46,911 nt of DNA, from contig PEAR01000003.1 of assembly GCA_002753745.1 (NCBI GenBank), positions 1-46,911 on the forward strand. Direction: 5' to 3'. This DNA comes from Candidatus Omnitrophota bacterium (GTDB lineage Bacteria > Omnitrophota > Gorgyraeia > Zapsychrales > Fredricksoniimonadaceae). The notes beneath the pieces were generated by a model. That model was not told the origin of the DNA and did not search any database. It was given only the letters and a program-made list of their open reading frames with translations. This document shows positions 1 through 10,226 of this stretch, one piece after another (within the stretch, counting starts at the first letter, position 1; each line of letters opens with the position of its first letter). A program made the position numbers and the translations under genes.

Positions 1-88
1 CTTCAGTCTTAAAATCATACGGAACATAGAACTTTACTTTAACATCTGTTTCATAACGCAGGTGTTTCCGCTGCTCGATAGTAGTCAT
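1..88 (-). CDS. PilZ-domain protein, N-terminal part only (runs off the window edge)
   Basis: Not in the ORF track. ATG at 88-86 overlaps the wrbA-like stop (ATGA). Translates MTTIEQRKHLRYETDVKVKFYVPYDFKTE with no stop; EQRKHLR matches the PilZ RxxxR motif. Confidence 0.6.
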   Translation of the reverse strand, partial: MTTIEQRKHLRYETDVKVKFYVPYDFKTE

Positions 89-657
89 AAGGAAAATGTC
101 CGGCTCCAGTGTTCAATAATCCGGAGCGTCCTGTTGTCGAGGGCCTCCGGTGCTTTTCCGTTTGAATATTGAATGAGACCAAAGGCATTAACATTTTCAC
201 CTGGAAGGGTATTAACGGATAAGGGAACTGAAAGCATGCCCATGTATTTAGCATAGGTATGTAACGCCGATAACGTTAAATCTCCTCCGCCTTCAGTATT
301 TCCTGCCGAAACAAAAGCGGCAAACTTTTTACCCACCAGTTTTCCCTGGAACCACAATGCGCCGGTTGAATCCATGAACGCTTTAAGTTCCGCTGAAACA
401 TTGCCGAAATATACCGGAGATCCCATCAAAATAAGGTCAGCCTGCAAAAGCACCTCCGGTTTAGCTTCCGGCACAGCACGCAAAGCTTGCAAAACACCAC
501 GGATATTCTCTGATACATCGGGCTTCTCGAACCAATCGGCATCAACCACACGACGCAGCATAACCTCATGTCCAGCGGACAAAAGTGTTTTCTCAAAAGC
601 CTTCGCAATCAGGAAAGTATTCCCGCATACAGAATGAAAGACGATACAGATTTTCAT
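85..657 (-). CDS. WrbA-like flavodoxin-family NAD(P)H:quinone oxidoreductase
   Basis: N-terminal FMN phosphate loop SVCGNT; GSPVYFGNVSAELKAFMDSTGALWFQGKLVGK is typical of WrbA. Confidence 0.85.
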   Translation of the reverse strand: MKICIVFHSVCGNTFLIAKAFEKTLLSAGHEVMLRRVVDADWFEKPDVSENIRGVLQALRAVPEAKPEVLLQADLILMGSPVYFGNVSAELKAFMDSTGALWFQGKLVGKKFAAFVSAGNTEGGGDLTLSALHTYAKYMGMLSVPLSVNTLPGENVNAFGLIQYSNGKAPEALDNRTLRIIEHWSRTFSL

Positions 658-785
658 GACATTAACTCAACGGTAAAAATATTAATTAAAATAGGGTAAA
701 AATATTCTTATTAAGTATAGTTTATCCTATAACAAATTATTGCAGAAAACTAGAAAAACATGCATCTTCATTATTTAATGTAATC

Positions 786-813
786 TTGACTTTCAAAACT
801 CGTTTGGTACTGT
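786..813 (+). promoter_or_regulatory. Candidate sigma70 promoter for the pnt operon
   Basis: TTGACT (786-791), 16 nt, TACTGT (808-813) in an AT-rich intergenic region; an alternative -10 TATAAA lies at 816-821; RBS AGGAG at 877-881. Confidence 0.35.
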
Positions 814-886
814 AGTATAAAATCTGTTATCTAAAAATAATCCGAACGACTACTTTACTGCGTTGTTAAAAAACCTAGGAGCGGAT

Positions 887-2011
887 ATGAAGATCGGCAT
901 TATTAATGATGCGCTTGTTGATGAAAACCGTATTGCCATGACTCCTCAGGGAGCCGCCAGGCTGGTCAAAAAAGGCGCAGAAGTTGTTATTGAAACAAAT
1001 CTCGGTGCCCAACTAAACTTCACTAATGAAGCTTATAGCAGGGCTGGTTCAAAATTATCATCGCGTGCTGATATCCTTGCCAATACTGATGTTATCCTGC
1101 GGATCCGCAAACCGTCGCTGGACGATATTAACGCCATGAAGCCTGGCACAATCCAAGTCAGTTTCCTTGATCCTTTTAATGAAAAAGAAATTGTTAACGC
1201 CCTGGCAGCCAAGAACGTTTCTGCTGTATCACTTGAAATGATCCCGCGCTCCACCTTGGCACAAAAGATGGACGCCCTGAGTTCCCAGGCCAGCCTGGCA
1301 GGATACGCCGCGGTGATCCTGGCAGCCGAGCGCAGCAAAAAAATATTCCCCATGATGACAACGCCTGCCGGTACGATACCACCGGCCCGTGTCTTCATTG
1401 TCGGCGCCGGCGTTGCCGGCCTTCAAGCCATTGCCACAGCAAAAAGGCTCGGAGCACGTGTTGAAGCCTTTGATACGCGTCCTGTTGTCAAAGAACAGGT
1501 CCAGTCACTCGGCGGAAAGTTTGTTGAGATTGATCTCGGTGAAACCGGTCAGACCAAGGACGGCTACGCGAAAGCACTGACCCCGGAGCAACTTGCCAAA
1601 CAGCGTGAAGGCATGAGCAAAATTTGCGCCGCCAGCGATATCGTCATTACGACCGCCCAGCTATTCGGTCGCAAGGCGCCGGTTATCATCACCAGGGAAA
1701 TGGTCGCAGGCATGAAGCCCGGCAGCATCCTGATAGATCTGGCAGTTGAGTCAGGTGGTAATATTGAAGGCTCTCTGGTTGGGAAAGAAGTTGATATTAA
1801 CGGGGTTAAGATCATCGGATTTGCCAATATGCCTGGCAAAGCCGCCATTGACGCAAGCGAAATGCTGGCCTCCAATTTCGTAAACTTTATTGATCATTCC
1901 TGGAACAAAGAAAAGGCCTCCGTTGAGCTGAACCTTAATGATGACATTATCAAGGGCTGCCTTATAACTTATCAAGGCGCAATCGTTAACAATGCGTTAA
2001 AAAAACAATAA
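887..2011 (+). CDS. pntAA: NAD(P) transhydrogenase alpha subunit, part 1 (soluble domain I)
   Basis: MDALSSQASLAGY, GAGVAGLQAIATAKRLGA, DLAVESGGN. Start placed at ATG 887, after AGGAG. Confidence 0.95.
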   Translation: MKIGIINDALVDENRIAMTPQGAARLVKKGAEVVIETNLGAQLNFTNEAYSRAGSKLSSRADILANTDVILRIRKPSLDDINAMKPGTIQVSFLDPFNEKEIVNALAAKNVSAVSLEMIPRSTLAQKMDALSSQASLAGYAAVILAAERSKKIFPMMTTPAGTIPPARVFIVGAGVAGLQAIATAKRLGARVEAFDTRPVVKEQVQSLGGKFVEIDLGETGQTKDGYAKALTPEQLAKQREGMSKICAASDIVITTAQLFGRKAPVIITREMVAGMKPGSILIDLAVESGGNIEGSLVGKEVDINGVKIIGFANMPGKAAIDASEMLASNFVNFIDHSWNKEKASVELNLNDDIIKGCLITYQGAIVNNALKKQ

Positions 2012-2030
2012 CTTTTCCGGAGATATACTT

Positions 2031-2327
2031 ATGAACGATCCCCTGGCTTACCAGTTATTCATTCTGGCTTTATCTGTCTTTCTTGGCTTTGCGCTTATTA
2101 GTAAAGTCCCCCCGCTGTTACATACACCGTTAATGTCGGAAGCAAATGCGATCTGTGGCATTATTATTGTTGGCGCGCTTATTGCTGCCGGTGTTGAGGC
2201 CGAATCGCCTTTTACGATCATCCTGGGAACCTCTGCTGTTGTCCTGGCAGCATTTAACGTGGTCGGTGGATATATGGTTACTGAACGAATGCTTAAAATG
2301 TTTAAAAAGAAGGATGGCGCCCAATGA
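2031..2327 (+). CDS. pntAB: NAD(P) transhydrogenase alpha subunit, part 2 (membrane)
   Basis: VPPLLHTPLMS..NAI, NVVGGYMVTERMLKMF; three hydrophobic helices. Confidence 0.95.
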   Translation: MNDPLAYQLFILALSVFLGFALISKVPPLLHTPLMSEANAICGIIIVGALIAAGVEAESPFTIILGTSAVVLAAFNVVGGYMVTERMLKMFKKKDGAQ

Positions 2328-3712
2328 ATCTTTCATTTCTTGTTCAAATAACTTATATCGCTGCCTCGATTCTCTTTGCTTTTGGTTTAAAGTTCCTTTC
2401 TTCGCCCATTACGGCCCGTCAAGGGAATACGCTATCTTCCACCGGCATGCTCCTGGCTGTACTGGCTACCCTGGCTGGACAGCATATCATCGGATATCAA
2501 TGGATCATGATCGGTCTGATCATTGGATCCAGTCTGGGCGCTTTAGTAGCCTTGAAAGCCAGGATGACCCAAATGCCTGAGATGATCGCTCTTTTACATG
2601 GTTGCGGAGCCCTGGCCAGCGTCTTTGTTGACTGGGTACACTACGAAAAATTATTACATCTTCCCGTTTTTTCAATCGGTTTAGTAGAAGGCTTCACGCT
2701 GTATCTTTCAATTGTTATCGGAGCATTAACTTTCTCGGGTTCCGTGATCGCCTGGGGAAAACTCAGCGAACGGCTTCCCGGAAGGCCCATTCTTTTCCCT
2801 GGCCAGAAATGGGTCAACCTGGCTATCCTGGCTGCCATCGTCATTGCCGGCACTTTATTTCTGATGCATCCTGAACGAATTGAACTGTTCTATTCGTTCC
2901 TGATTCTTTCAGCTTTCTTCGGAATCTTCCTGGTAATCCCTATCGGGGGCGCTGACATGCCAGTCGTTATATCCGTGCTCAACAGTTATTCCGGGATCGT
3001 CGCCTGTACTACAGGTTTTGTCATCAATAACACCTTGCTCATCGTCGTCGGGGCACTGGTCGGGGCCAACGGCGTTATTTTAAGCATTATCATGTGCAAA
3101 GCCATGAATCGTTCTTTGGCAAACGTCATTTTCGGCGGATTTGGCCAACTTAAGAAAAAGTCAACCGATGGTGTTAAGAAAGAGGCGCACCCGATATCTG
3201 CGGAAGATGCGTTTCTTATTCTCGAGGCCGCAAGAACCGTGATCTTCGCACCCGGTTACGGTATGGCCGTTGCCCAGGCCCAGCATGCCGTGCGTGAGCT
3301 TACCCTGGCGCTTGAGAACAATGGTTGCGATGTAAAGTTTGCAATCCATCCTGTTGCCGGTCGCATGCCCGGACATATGAACGTCCTTCTGGCCGAAGCA
3401 AATATCCCCTACGATCAGCTGCTTGAAATGGACACTGCCAATCCATTGATGGAATCAACAGACGTGGCGATCGTGATCGGCGCCAACGACACCGTAAATC
3501 CCGCCGCTTTAAATGACAAATCTTCACCGATCTACGGCATGCCGATCGTCGAGGTGTTTAAAGCTAAAACAGTATTTGTGATCAAAAGGTCAATGGCTGC
3601 TGGTTTCGCAGGGGTAGAAAATGATCTTTTTTATTACGACAATACCCGGATGATCTTTGGTGATGCCAAAGATATAGTGCAGAAACTGGGCGCTGAATTT
3701 AAGTCAAAATAA
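2324..3712 (+). CDS. pntB: NAD(P) transhydrogenase beta subunit
   Basis: IGGADMPVVISVLNSYSG, PGYGMAVAQAQH, HPVAGRMPGHMNVLLAEA, GANDTVNP. Confidence 0.97.
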   Translation: MNLSFLVQITYIAASILFAFGLKFLSSPITARQGNTLSSTGMLLAVLATLAGQHIIGYQWIMIGLIIGSSLGALVALKARMTQMPEMIALLHGCGALASVFVDWVHYEKLLHLPVFSIGLVEGFTLYLSIVIGALTFSGSVIAWGKLSERLPGRPILFPGQKWVNLAILAAIVIAGTLFLMHPERIELFYSFLILSAFFGIFLVIPIGGADMPVVISVLNSYSGIVACTTGFVINNTLLIVVGALVGANGVILSIIMCKAMNRSLANVIFGGFGQLKKKSTDGVKKEAHPISAEDAFLILEAARTVIFAPGYGMAVAQAQHAVRELTLALENNGCDVKFAIHPVAGRMPGHMNVLLAEANIPYDQLLEMDTANPLMESTDVAIVIGANDTVNPAALNDKSSPIYGMPIVEVFKAKTVFVIKRSMAAGFAGVENDLFYYDNTRMIFGDAKDIVQKLGAEFKSK

Positions 3713-3772
3713 ATCAAACCCGAATTTTGCATCATTAGACGTGGATGAAGTACGTTAATGCTATTCGCCGCG

Positions 3773-4126
3773 TTATCGATGCGTTTTGGCTGGACGTTTT
3801 TTCGCAGGTTTGGTGATGAACTTGACGGCCACATCAAAGGATGTGTCGCCATTCTCAACAACACGGATCACCTTTGCATTTCCTTTGGCAATATCGATGA
3901 CTCCTGAAATAGCAACGCTTACCTCAACAATATCCCCTACTTTATAAGGGATCGAACTCAAAAATAGTATTCCACTCACACTCATGTTCTTCGTGGTGGA
4001 TAAACTCCAATTACTGCGCGCTTTCGTAAGATTGCGCTTGACCAGCCGGTGTTCAATAGCGATCACCCGGCTGGCGCGAATTGCTTGACGACGCTCCTGA
4101 CCCTTTTTAACTGTTGACGATATCAT
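3773..4126 (-). CDS. Stand-alone PilZ-domain protein (candidate c-di-GMP receptor)
   Basis: ERRQAIR (RxxxR) and NMSVSG (D/NxSxxG) motifs, plus a C-terminal KVIRV...VAVKF beta pattern. Confidence 0.85.
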   Translation of the reverse strand: MISSTVKKGQERRQAIRASRVIAIEHRLVKRNLTKARSNWSLSTTKNMSVSGILFLSSIPYKVGDIVEVSVAISGVIDIAKGNAKVIRVVENGDTSFDVAVKFITKPAKKRPAKTHR

Positions 4127-4139
4127 GGTTATCTTTCAA

Positions 4140-5531
4140 TTAATAAGGTTTTAACATTTGCTCAGGACGAACAGTCTTGTCAAAATCTTCGGCTGAAATA
4201 ACCCCCAGCGCTAAAGCGGCCTGTTTCAGGGTTAACCCTTCATGATGGGCTTTTGAAGCAACTTCAGCCGCTTTATCATAACCAATCTTGGGCGTTAACG
4301 CAGTCACCAGCATCAATGAACGATCAAGGTGTTCCTTGATCCGCGCCAGATCCGGCTCAATGCCATCAACGCAATTCTCTTTGAAACTTTTAGCTGCCCC
4401 AGCCAGTAACGAAATGGATTGTAGAAGATTGTAAACGATCACCGGTTTAAATACATTTAACTCAAAATTTCCGGAAGCCCCCGCAATAGTGATCGTGGCA
4501 TCATTTCCGATCACTTGAGCACAAACCATGCTCATGGCTTCACATTGCGTCGGATTCACTTTCCCGGGCATAATGGAACTGCCAGGTTCGTTTTCGGGCA
4601 GGCGGATCTCCCCAATACCGCTGCGCGGACCAGACGCCAGCCAGCGGATGTCATTGCTGATCTTCATCAGCCCTACAGCAGCTGTTTTTAATGCGCCGCT
4701 TAGTTCAACCATGGCATCATGGGCCGCCAGTCCTTCAAACTTATTTCTAACAGGTTTAAAATCAATCCCGGTCAATTCGGCAATGATCCTGATCGATGTG
4801 CTGTCGAACGCAACATGAGTATTTAACCCTGTCCCTACTGCAGTCCCCCCAAGCGGTAATTCAAACAAGCGCGGCTGGCAGGACTCGATGCGTTCAACCG
4901 CGTTATGTACCTGCTGGGCATAACCGGAGAATTCCTGGCCAAGGGTAACCGGCGTAGCATCCATTAAATGGGTGCGCCCGATCTTAACAATATCATTGAA
5001 TTCGTTTGCTTTGGATAATAACGCACCCTCAAGATCGGTAAGCGCCGGGACAAGTCGTGATTTAACTTCTTCAGCTGCAGCAATGTGCATTGCCGTCGGG
5101 AAGACATCATTGGATGACTGTCCCTTATTAACATCGTCATTGGGGTGGACCGGTTTTTTTGAACCGATAATACCGCCTAACCGCTCGATAGCCCGGTTAG
5201 CAATGACTTCATTAGCATTCATGTTAGTCTGCGTGCCGCTGCCGGTCTGCCAGACAACTAAAGGAAAATGATCGTCCCAATAACCGGCAATAACTTCGTC
5301 TGCGGCAGAAACGATCGCATCCGCTTTGGTCCGGTCAAGAACTCCGATCCGTACATTGGCGAGGGCCGAGGCTTTCTTGACAATACCAAGGGAACGAATA
5401 AACTCCCGCGGGAATCTTTCACTACCGATCTTGAAATTTTCAAAAGAACGCTGAGTCTGGGCACCATAGTATCGGTCACCCGGAACGCTTACCTCTCCTA
5501 GGCTGTCTTTCTCGATGCGCTGTTCCGCCAT
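4140..5531 (-). CDS. fumC: Class II fumarate hydratase
   Basis: [15 protein letters not shown] signature, [22 protein letters not shown]. Confidence 0.97.
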   Translation of the reverse strand: MAEQRIEKDSLGEVSVPGDRYYGAQTQRSFENFKIGSERFPREFIRSLGIVKKASALANVRIGVLDRTKADAIVSAADEVIAGYWDDHFPLVVWQTGSGTQTNMNANEVIANRAIERLGGIIGSKKPVHPNDDVNKGQSSNDVFPTAMHIAAAEEVKSRLVPALTDLEGALLSKANEFNDIVKIGRTHLMDATPVTLGQEFSGYAQQVHNAVERIESCQPRLFELPLGGTAVGTGLNTHVAFDSTSIRIIAELTGIDFKPVRNKFEGLAAHDAMVELSGALKTAAVGLMKISNDIRWLASGPRSGIGEIRLPENEPGSSIMPGKVNPTQCEAMSMVCAQVIGNDATITIAGASGNFELNVFKPVIVYNLLQSISLLAGAAKSFKENCVDGIEPDLARIKEHLDRSLMLVTALTPKIGYDKAAEVASKAHHEGLTLKQAALALGVISAEDFDKTVRPEQMLKPY

Positions 5532-5547
5532 CAGAACTCCCGATTGT

Positions 5548-6999
5548 TCAATTGTTTAAAAGATAATTAGTGCACAAGCGAACGCCGTAACCGGTTGCCC
5601 CATGGCCATAGTACCAGTGTGAATCTCCATCGACAAACGCCGTTCCGGCAATATCAAGATGAACCCAGGGAGTCTCGCCAACAAACTGATGCAGGAACTC
5701 CGCGCCGCAAACAGTTCCAGCCGCACCACGGACATTGCTGATATTCTTGATATCAGCGATCTTGGATTTGATCGCGTCTTTATATTCCGGATACATCGGC
5801 AACTGCCAGGCACGGTCGTCCGTTGCATGGGCACTGGCTAATATTTTCATGATCAGATCATCATTATTGCCCAAAACGCCGGCATAATCATGCCCAAGCG
5901 CAACAACACACGCACCGGTCAACGTGGCAAGATCAATGACTTTTGCAGGAGAGTAATTCTTAATAACATACGAAAGGACATCGGCAAGAACAAGCCTCCC
6001 CTCGGCATCAGTGTTCCCTATTTCAACGGTCTTGCCGGAATAGCCCTTGAACACATCGCCAGGTTTATATGAATTAGCATCGATCGCATTCTCGACTGCT
6101 CCAAAAGCAAAAATAAGATTCTTTTTGGGCTTTAGCGCCAGGACCGTCTTCAGCGTACCGATGACCGCAGCGGCCCCGCTCATATCTTCCCGCATGGTTT
6201 CAATGCTGCCGGAAGGTTTAAGATTCAATCCGCCGCAATCAAAAGTAAGTCCTTTACCGACGAAAGCTGTAAAGGGCGATCCTTTCCCCGCACCGGAATA
6301 TTTGGCAATGACGACTCGCGGCTTTTTATTGCTGCCCTGATTGACCGCCAGTAAAAGACCCAATCCTTTTGCCGATAATTCTTTCCTGCCGAGTACCTCC
6401 AGTGAAACGGTCTTATTGTTTTTTATCAGATCGCGCACCGTCTTTTCAAGAAATTCAGGTGTTACCGTATCAGCATTATCATTAACGAGGTCTCGTGAAA
6501 AGTTAACCCCATCGGCAATGACAGCCGCCAGAGATGCTTCTTTGGTAAAACGCGTAACAATATAGTAAAACTTAATATCGACGGTTTGGTCATCCTTCTT
6601 GCGCGTGATATATTTCTTCCAGGCGTAAGTGCCGATGATCGCTGCTTCAACAGCCGCGTGAGCAATATCTGCATGATCCTCATGCAGAATAACTTCAACC
6701 GTGGATAACTTTTTCAAGGGGTTGGAGAGGAACGCCCGACGTAAAACAATACGGACAGAAGTTAACGACACATCTGCTGATTTTCCAAGACCCACAAGAA
6801 TAACTACTTTCCCGGCAATGACAGCCGGGAACATCTCACCCTTACCGCCCTCAAATTGGGAGGCGTCAACGGCAGCCTGTAGCGCTTCGCAAACAGGCTT
6901 TAATGGAAAAGGACAAGCCTTTTTCTGGACCTGATCTTTTGTTAAAAGTACGACCGCAGCCTGCTTATCAAACCGGGGCTTATCATAAAAAGAAACCAT
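5548..6999 (-). CDS. pepA: M17 leucyl aminopeptidase
   Basis: [43 protein letters not shown]. Confidence 0.95.
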   Translation of the reverse strand: MVSFYDKPRFDKQAAVVLLTKDQVQKKACPFPLKPVCEALQAAVDASQFEGGKGEMFPAVIAGKVVILVGLGKSADVSLTSVRIVLRRAFLSNPLKKLSTVEVILHEDHADIAHAAVEAAIIGTYAWKKYITRKKDDQTVDIKFYYIVTRFTKEASLAAVIADGVNFSRDLVNDNADTVTPEFLEKTVRDLIKNNKTVSLEVLGRKELSAKGLGLLLAVNQGSNKKPRVVIAKYSGAGKGSPFTAFVGKGLTFDCGGLNLKPSGSIETMREDMSGAAAVIGTLKTVLALKPKKNLIFAFGAVENAIDANSYKPGDVFKGYSGKTVEIGNTDAEGRLVLADVLSYVIKNYSPAKVIDLATLTGACVVALGHDYAGVLGNNDDLIMKILASAHATDDRAWQLPMYPEYKDAIKSKIADIKNISNVRGAAGTVCGAEFLHQFVGETPWVHLDIAGTAFVDGDSHWYYGHGATGYGVRLCTNYLLNN

Positions 7000-7007
7000 A
7001 GCGCCTC

Positions 7008-8315
7008 TTATCGTTTATTGATCTGTACATAATCACGTTTATTCGCACCAACATAGATTTGCCGCGGACGGCCGATCTTTGTCCCACCGGGAACTTCCGT
7101 CATCTCTTTCCAATGCGCAATCCATCCGGGCATGCGGCCGATAGAGAACATGACAGTGAACATATCTTTAGGGATACCGATCGCTTTATAAATAATCCCG
7201 CTGTAAAAGTCTACATTAGGATAAAGATTGCGTTCCAGGAAATACGTGTCCTTCAGCACTTTCTCCTCGATTTTCATCGCGATTTCGAGAAGAGGATCAT
7301 TGATCCCGAGCTTTTCCAGAAGATCATGAGCACATTGTTTAATGATCTTTGCACGCGGGTCGTAGCTTTTGTAAACCCGATGCCCAACCCCCATCAGAAG
7401 GAAATTAGAAGACTTATCTTTTGCCAGATTGATATATTTGTCAATATTGCCGCCATCCTTGGCGATCGTCTCGAGCATATCGAGAACAGCCTCATTCGCT
7501 CCACCATGTAAAGGGCCCCACAAAGCACAAATCCCCGCCGAAATTGAGGCAAAAAGATTAGCCTTCGAGCTTCCCACAAGACGCACTGTCGAGGTAGAAC
7601 AATTTTGTTCGTGGTCAGCATGCAGGATCAAAAGAACCTTAAGCGCCGTTACCACTTCGTCATAAATCTTGTATTGTTTTGTTGGCGAAGAGAACATCAT
7701 ATTTAAGAAGTTAGGAACGTACTCAAGATCTTCCCTGGGATAAACAAACGGCTCACCAATGGATTTTTTATACGCAAAAGCGGCAATCGTACGGATCTTG
7801 GACATCAGCTGAACAGAGATCGAATCAAATTGCTCCTTAGTCGGCTGCATCAGATCAATTCCCGGATAATATGCTGATAGCGAACAAACCATAGAAGCCA
7901 GAATCGCCATCGGATGCGCTGTGACCGGATAACCGTTAAATAGATTTTTCATGTCTTCATGGATCATGGAATGCTGGGTAAATGAGTCTGAGAAATCACG
8001 CAGTTGATCGGCATTAGGGAGCTCACCGTAGATGAGCATATACGCGGTTTCCACAAAACTGGAATGCTCAGCAAGCTGTTCAATAGGGTAACCGCGGTAG
8101 CGCAGAACGCCCGCTTCACCGTCGAGATAGGTAATGGCGCTTAAACAATTCGATGTGTTGCCAAAACCATGATCAAAAGTAATATAATTGGACAGGGTGC
8201 GCAGTTTTGCAATATCAATACCGTGTTCGCCTTCCGTCCCCACAATGACGGGAAGTTCATACGTATTGCCATCAATGATGACCTTTGCCGCTGGCTGATC
8301 CATTGTTGCCTCCAT
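7008..8315 (-). CDS. gltA: Citrate synthase (GltA type)
   Basis: LHADHEQNCST, WGPLHGGANE, GHRVYKSYDPRA, YPNVDFYSG. The start could be at 8303 instead. Confidence 0.97.
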   Translation of the reverse strand: MEATMDQPAAKVIIDGNTYELPVIVGTEGEHGIDIAKLRTLSNYITFDHGFGNTSNCLSAITYLDGEAGVLRYRGYPIEQLAEHSSFVETAYMLIYGELPNADQLRDFSDSFTQHSMIHEDMKNLFNGYPVTAHPMAILASMVCSLSAYYPGIDLMQPTKEQFDSISVQLMSKIRTIAAFAYKKSIGEPFVYPREDLEYVPNFLNMMFSSPTKQYKIYDEVVTALKVLLILHADHEQNCSTSTVRLVGSSKANLFASISAGICALWGPLHGGANEAVLDMLETIAKDGGNIDKYINLAKDKSSNFLLMGVGHRVYKSYDPRAKIIKQCAHDLLEKLGINDPLLEIAMKIEEKVLKDTYFLERNLYPNVDFYSGIIYKAIGIPKDMFTVMFSIGRMPGWIAHWKEMTEVPGGTKIGRPRQIYVGANKRDYVQINKR

Positions 8316-8392
8316 CCGAGGTTGCGTTAAAATTACAAATAGTAAAGAATTATATTATATGAAAGTGGAAAACGCAATGCAGATAAAGTTTA

Positions 8393-9499
8393 TTAAAGGA
8401 TTTTTGAATGTGGCGAATGCACCCGTTTGCTTATCCTAAGATCCTGAGCATTAACATCGCGGCTGATCGCTTTTATTTGAGGGAAAATTCGTACAAAAGC
8501 CTCGGCAACTTTAGGATCAAAGTGAGTCCCGGATACACGTTTGATTTCTTTGATCGCCGCATCAAAAGACCATGCTTTCTTATAGGGGCGTTCCGATGTG
8601 AGCGCGTCAAAAACATCGCAGACAGCACATATGCGGCCCGCCAACGGGATCTCCTCACCTTTAAGCCCTTTTGGGTACCCTTTACCATCCCAACGCTCAT
8701 GATGCGTCAAAGCAATAGTTTCGGCCATTTTGAGAAAAGGGGAACTGGCACCGGAAAGAATCTCCGCGCCAATAGCAGCATGAGAACGCATGATGTCGCT
8801 CTCTTGCGGCGTTAAAGCTCCCGGTTTCAAAAGAATACTGTCAGGAATAGCGATCTTTCCCACATCATGCAAAGGACTGGTGGCCAAAAGAAGTTCGCAA
8901 TCTTCTTCGGACATGCCCAAGGCACGCGCCAATGCCTCACAGTAGCGGCTCATCCGGATAATGTGCTCACCGGTGTCTGTATCCCGATATTCTGCGGCAT
9001 AACCAAGACGACGGATAACATCCAAACGGCTTTGATGAAGTTCAGCGGTGCGTTCATGTATTGTTCGGGCAAGATTTTTATTACGATCTTTAACCTCATT
9101 ATGCAGAAGGTTTGTTTCAATAAGATTCCGGCAGCGAAGAATAACTTTAGCCCGGTCATACGGTTTGCCGAGGAAATCTTTGGCACCTGCCGACAAGGCC
9201 CTTAGATGGATATCATCCGCATCGCTGGAAATAACGATCACCGGCAAATAGTCACCGGGATACTCTTTCTGCAAACGGTTCATGACATCAAATCCGCTAA
9301 TCCTGGGGATCGAAAGGTCAAGAAGAACGAGATCAGGTAAATACGAGCGGTAGATATTCACAAAACGACTGGCGTTAGGCAGACAGCGAATATGCGTGAA
9401 CCCGGCACCGACCAGGATATTCTTAAGGATCAATCGGCTGGGCTTATCATCCTCGACAATAAGGATCTTGGCATTGAGGATCTGTTCAGGCGTTATCAT
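8393..9499 (-). CDS. Response regulator with REC and HD-GYP c-di-GMP phosphodiesterase domains (RpfG-like)
   Basis: REC domain (ILIVEDD, DLVLLD, KPY) followed by DTGEH, LHDVGK, HHERWDGKGYP and DVFDALTSERPYK. Confidence 0.93.
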   Translation of the reverse strand: MITPEQILNAKILIVEDDKPSRLILKNILVGAGFTHIRCLPNASRFVNIYRSYLPDLVLLDLSIPRISGFDVMNRLQKEYPGDYLPVIVISSDADDIHLRALSAGAKDFLGKPYDRAKVILRCRNLIETNLLHNEVKDRNKNLARTIHERTAELHQSRLDVIRRLGYAAEYRDTDTGEHIIRMSRYCEALARALGMSEEDCELLLATSPLHDVGKIAIPDSILLKPGALTPQESDIMRSHAAIGAEILSGASSPFLKMAETIALTHHERWDGKGYPKGLKGEEIPLAGRICAVCDVFDALTSERPYKKAWSFDAAIKEIKRVSGTHFDPKVAEAFVRIFPQIKAISRDVNAQDLRISKRVHSPHSKIL

Positions 9500-10226
9500 A
9501 AGATTTTAAAGTTATATAATCCGTTGAATCGCAATGTACAGGTGTTACTGTAGCAAATCCGCGGGCTAAAAGATAGCTGTCTGACGTTTTTTCATTCGGG
9601 CCAGCCGGCGGGCGTCCGGTAAGCCAGTAATATTCACGTCCACCGGGATCCTTTCTACGACGAAATTCGCTATGGATCGGGACCCTGCACTGACAGGTCC
9701 AGCGGGTTCCACGCGGAATTCCGGGCGGAACATTAACGTTCAGGAAGGTCCCCTTTGGAAGTTTCTTATTAATGATAGTGCGAACAATCTTGGCACCAAT
9801 AATCGCCGAAGGAGCAAAATTCGGATTATCCCATTCATCCAGTGAAACGGCGATCGACGGAAGACCCTGCAGTGCTCCCTCACGGGCAGCGGCGACAGTC
9901 CCGGAATAAAAAACACTGCAGCCATCGTTACTGCCACGATTAATGCCGGAAACGATAATATCGGGTCGATCCTTTTTTAAAAGAACCGCCAGGGCGAATT
10001 TAACACAGTCCGCCGGCGTGCCACTCAAGGAGTGACCTTGCGTCTTCCCTAGAAAAGGCACCATGCTATGGTACAAAGGATGATCAAGGGTGATCGCCTG
10101 AGATATGGAGCTACGCTCCCCTTCAGGAGCAACAATCGTTACTCGGGAAAATGTCGTCAATTGTTTGAATAAAGCGGCAATACCTGGAGCGCGAATACCG
10201 TCATCGTTTGTCAGTAATATATGCAT
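9486..10226 (-). CDS. surE: 5'/3'-nucleotidase SurE
   Basis: ILLTNDDGIRAPGI, GTPADCV, VSGINRGSN, YSGTVAAAREG. Confidence 0.96.
   Translation of the reverse strand: MHILLTNDDGIRAPGIAALFKQLTTFSRVTIVAPEGERSSISQAITLDHPLYHSMVPFLGKTQGHSLSGTPADCVKFALAVLLKKDRPDIIVSGINRGSNDGCSVFYSGTVAAAREGALQGLPSIAVSLDEWDNPNFAPSAIIGAKIVRTIINKKLPKGTFLNVNVPPGIPRGTRWTCQCRVPIHSEFRRRKDPGGREYYWLTGRPPAGPNEKTSDSYLLARGFATVTPVHCDSTDYITLKSYDNA

Noticed and set aside
887-2327. pntA split in two as a possible pseudogene
   Set aside because: A three-gene transhydrogenase is a known natural arrangement; both parts are intact and part 2 has its own RBS (GGAG).
3713-3772. Possible bidirectional terminator between pntB and the PilZ gene
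   Set aside because: Only a weak, bulged stem (CATTAGACGT/ACGTTAATG) with no clear U-tracts.
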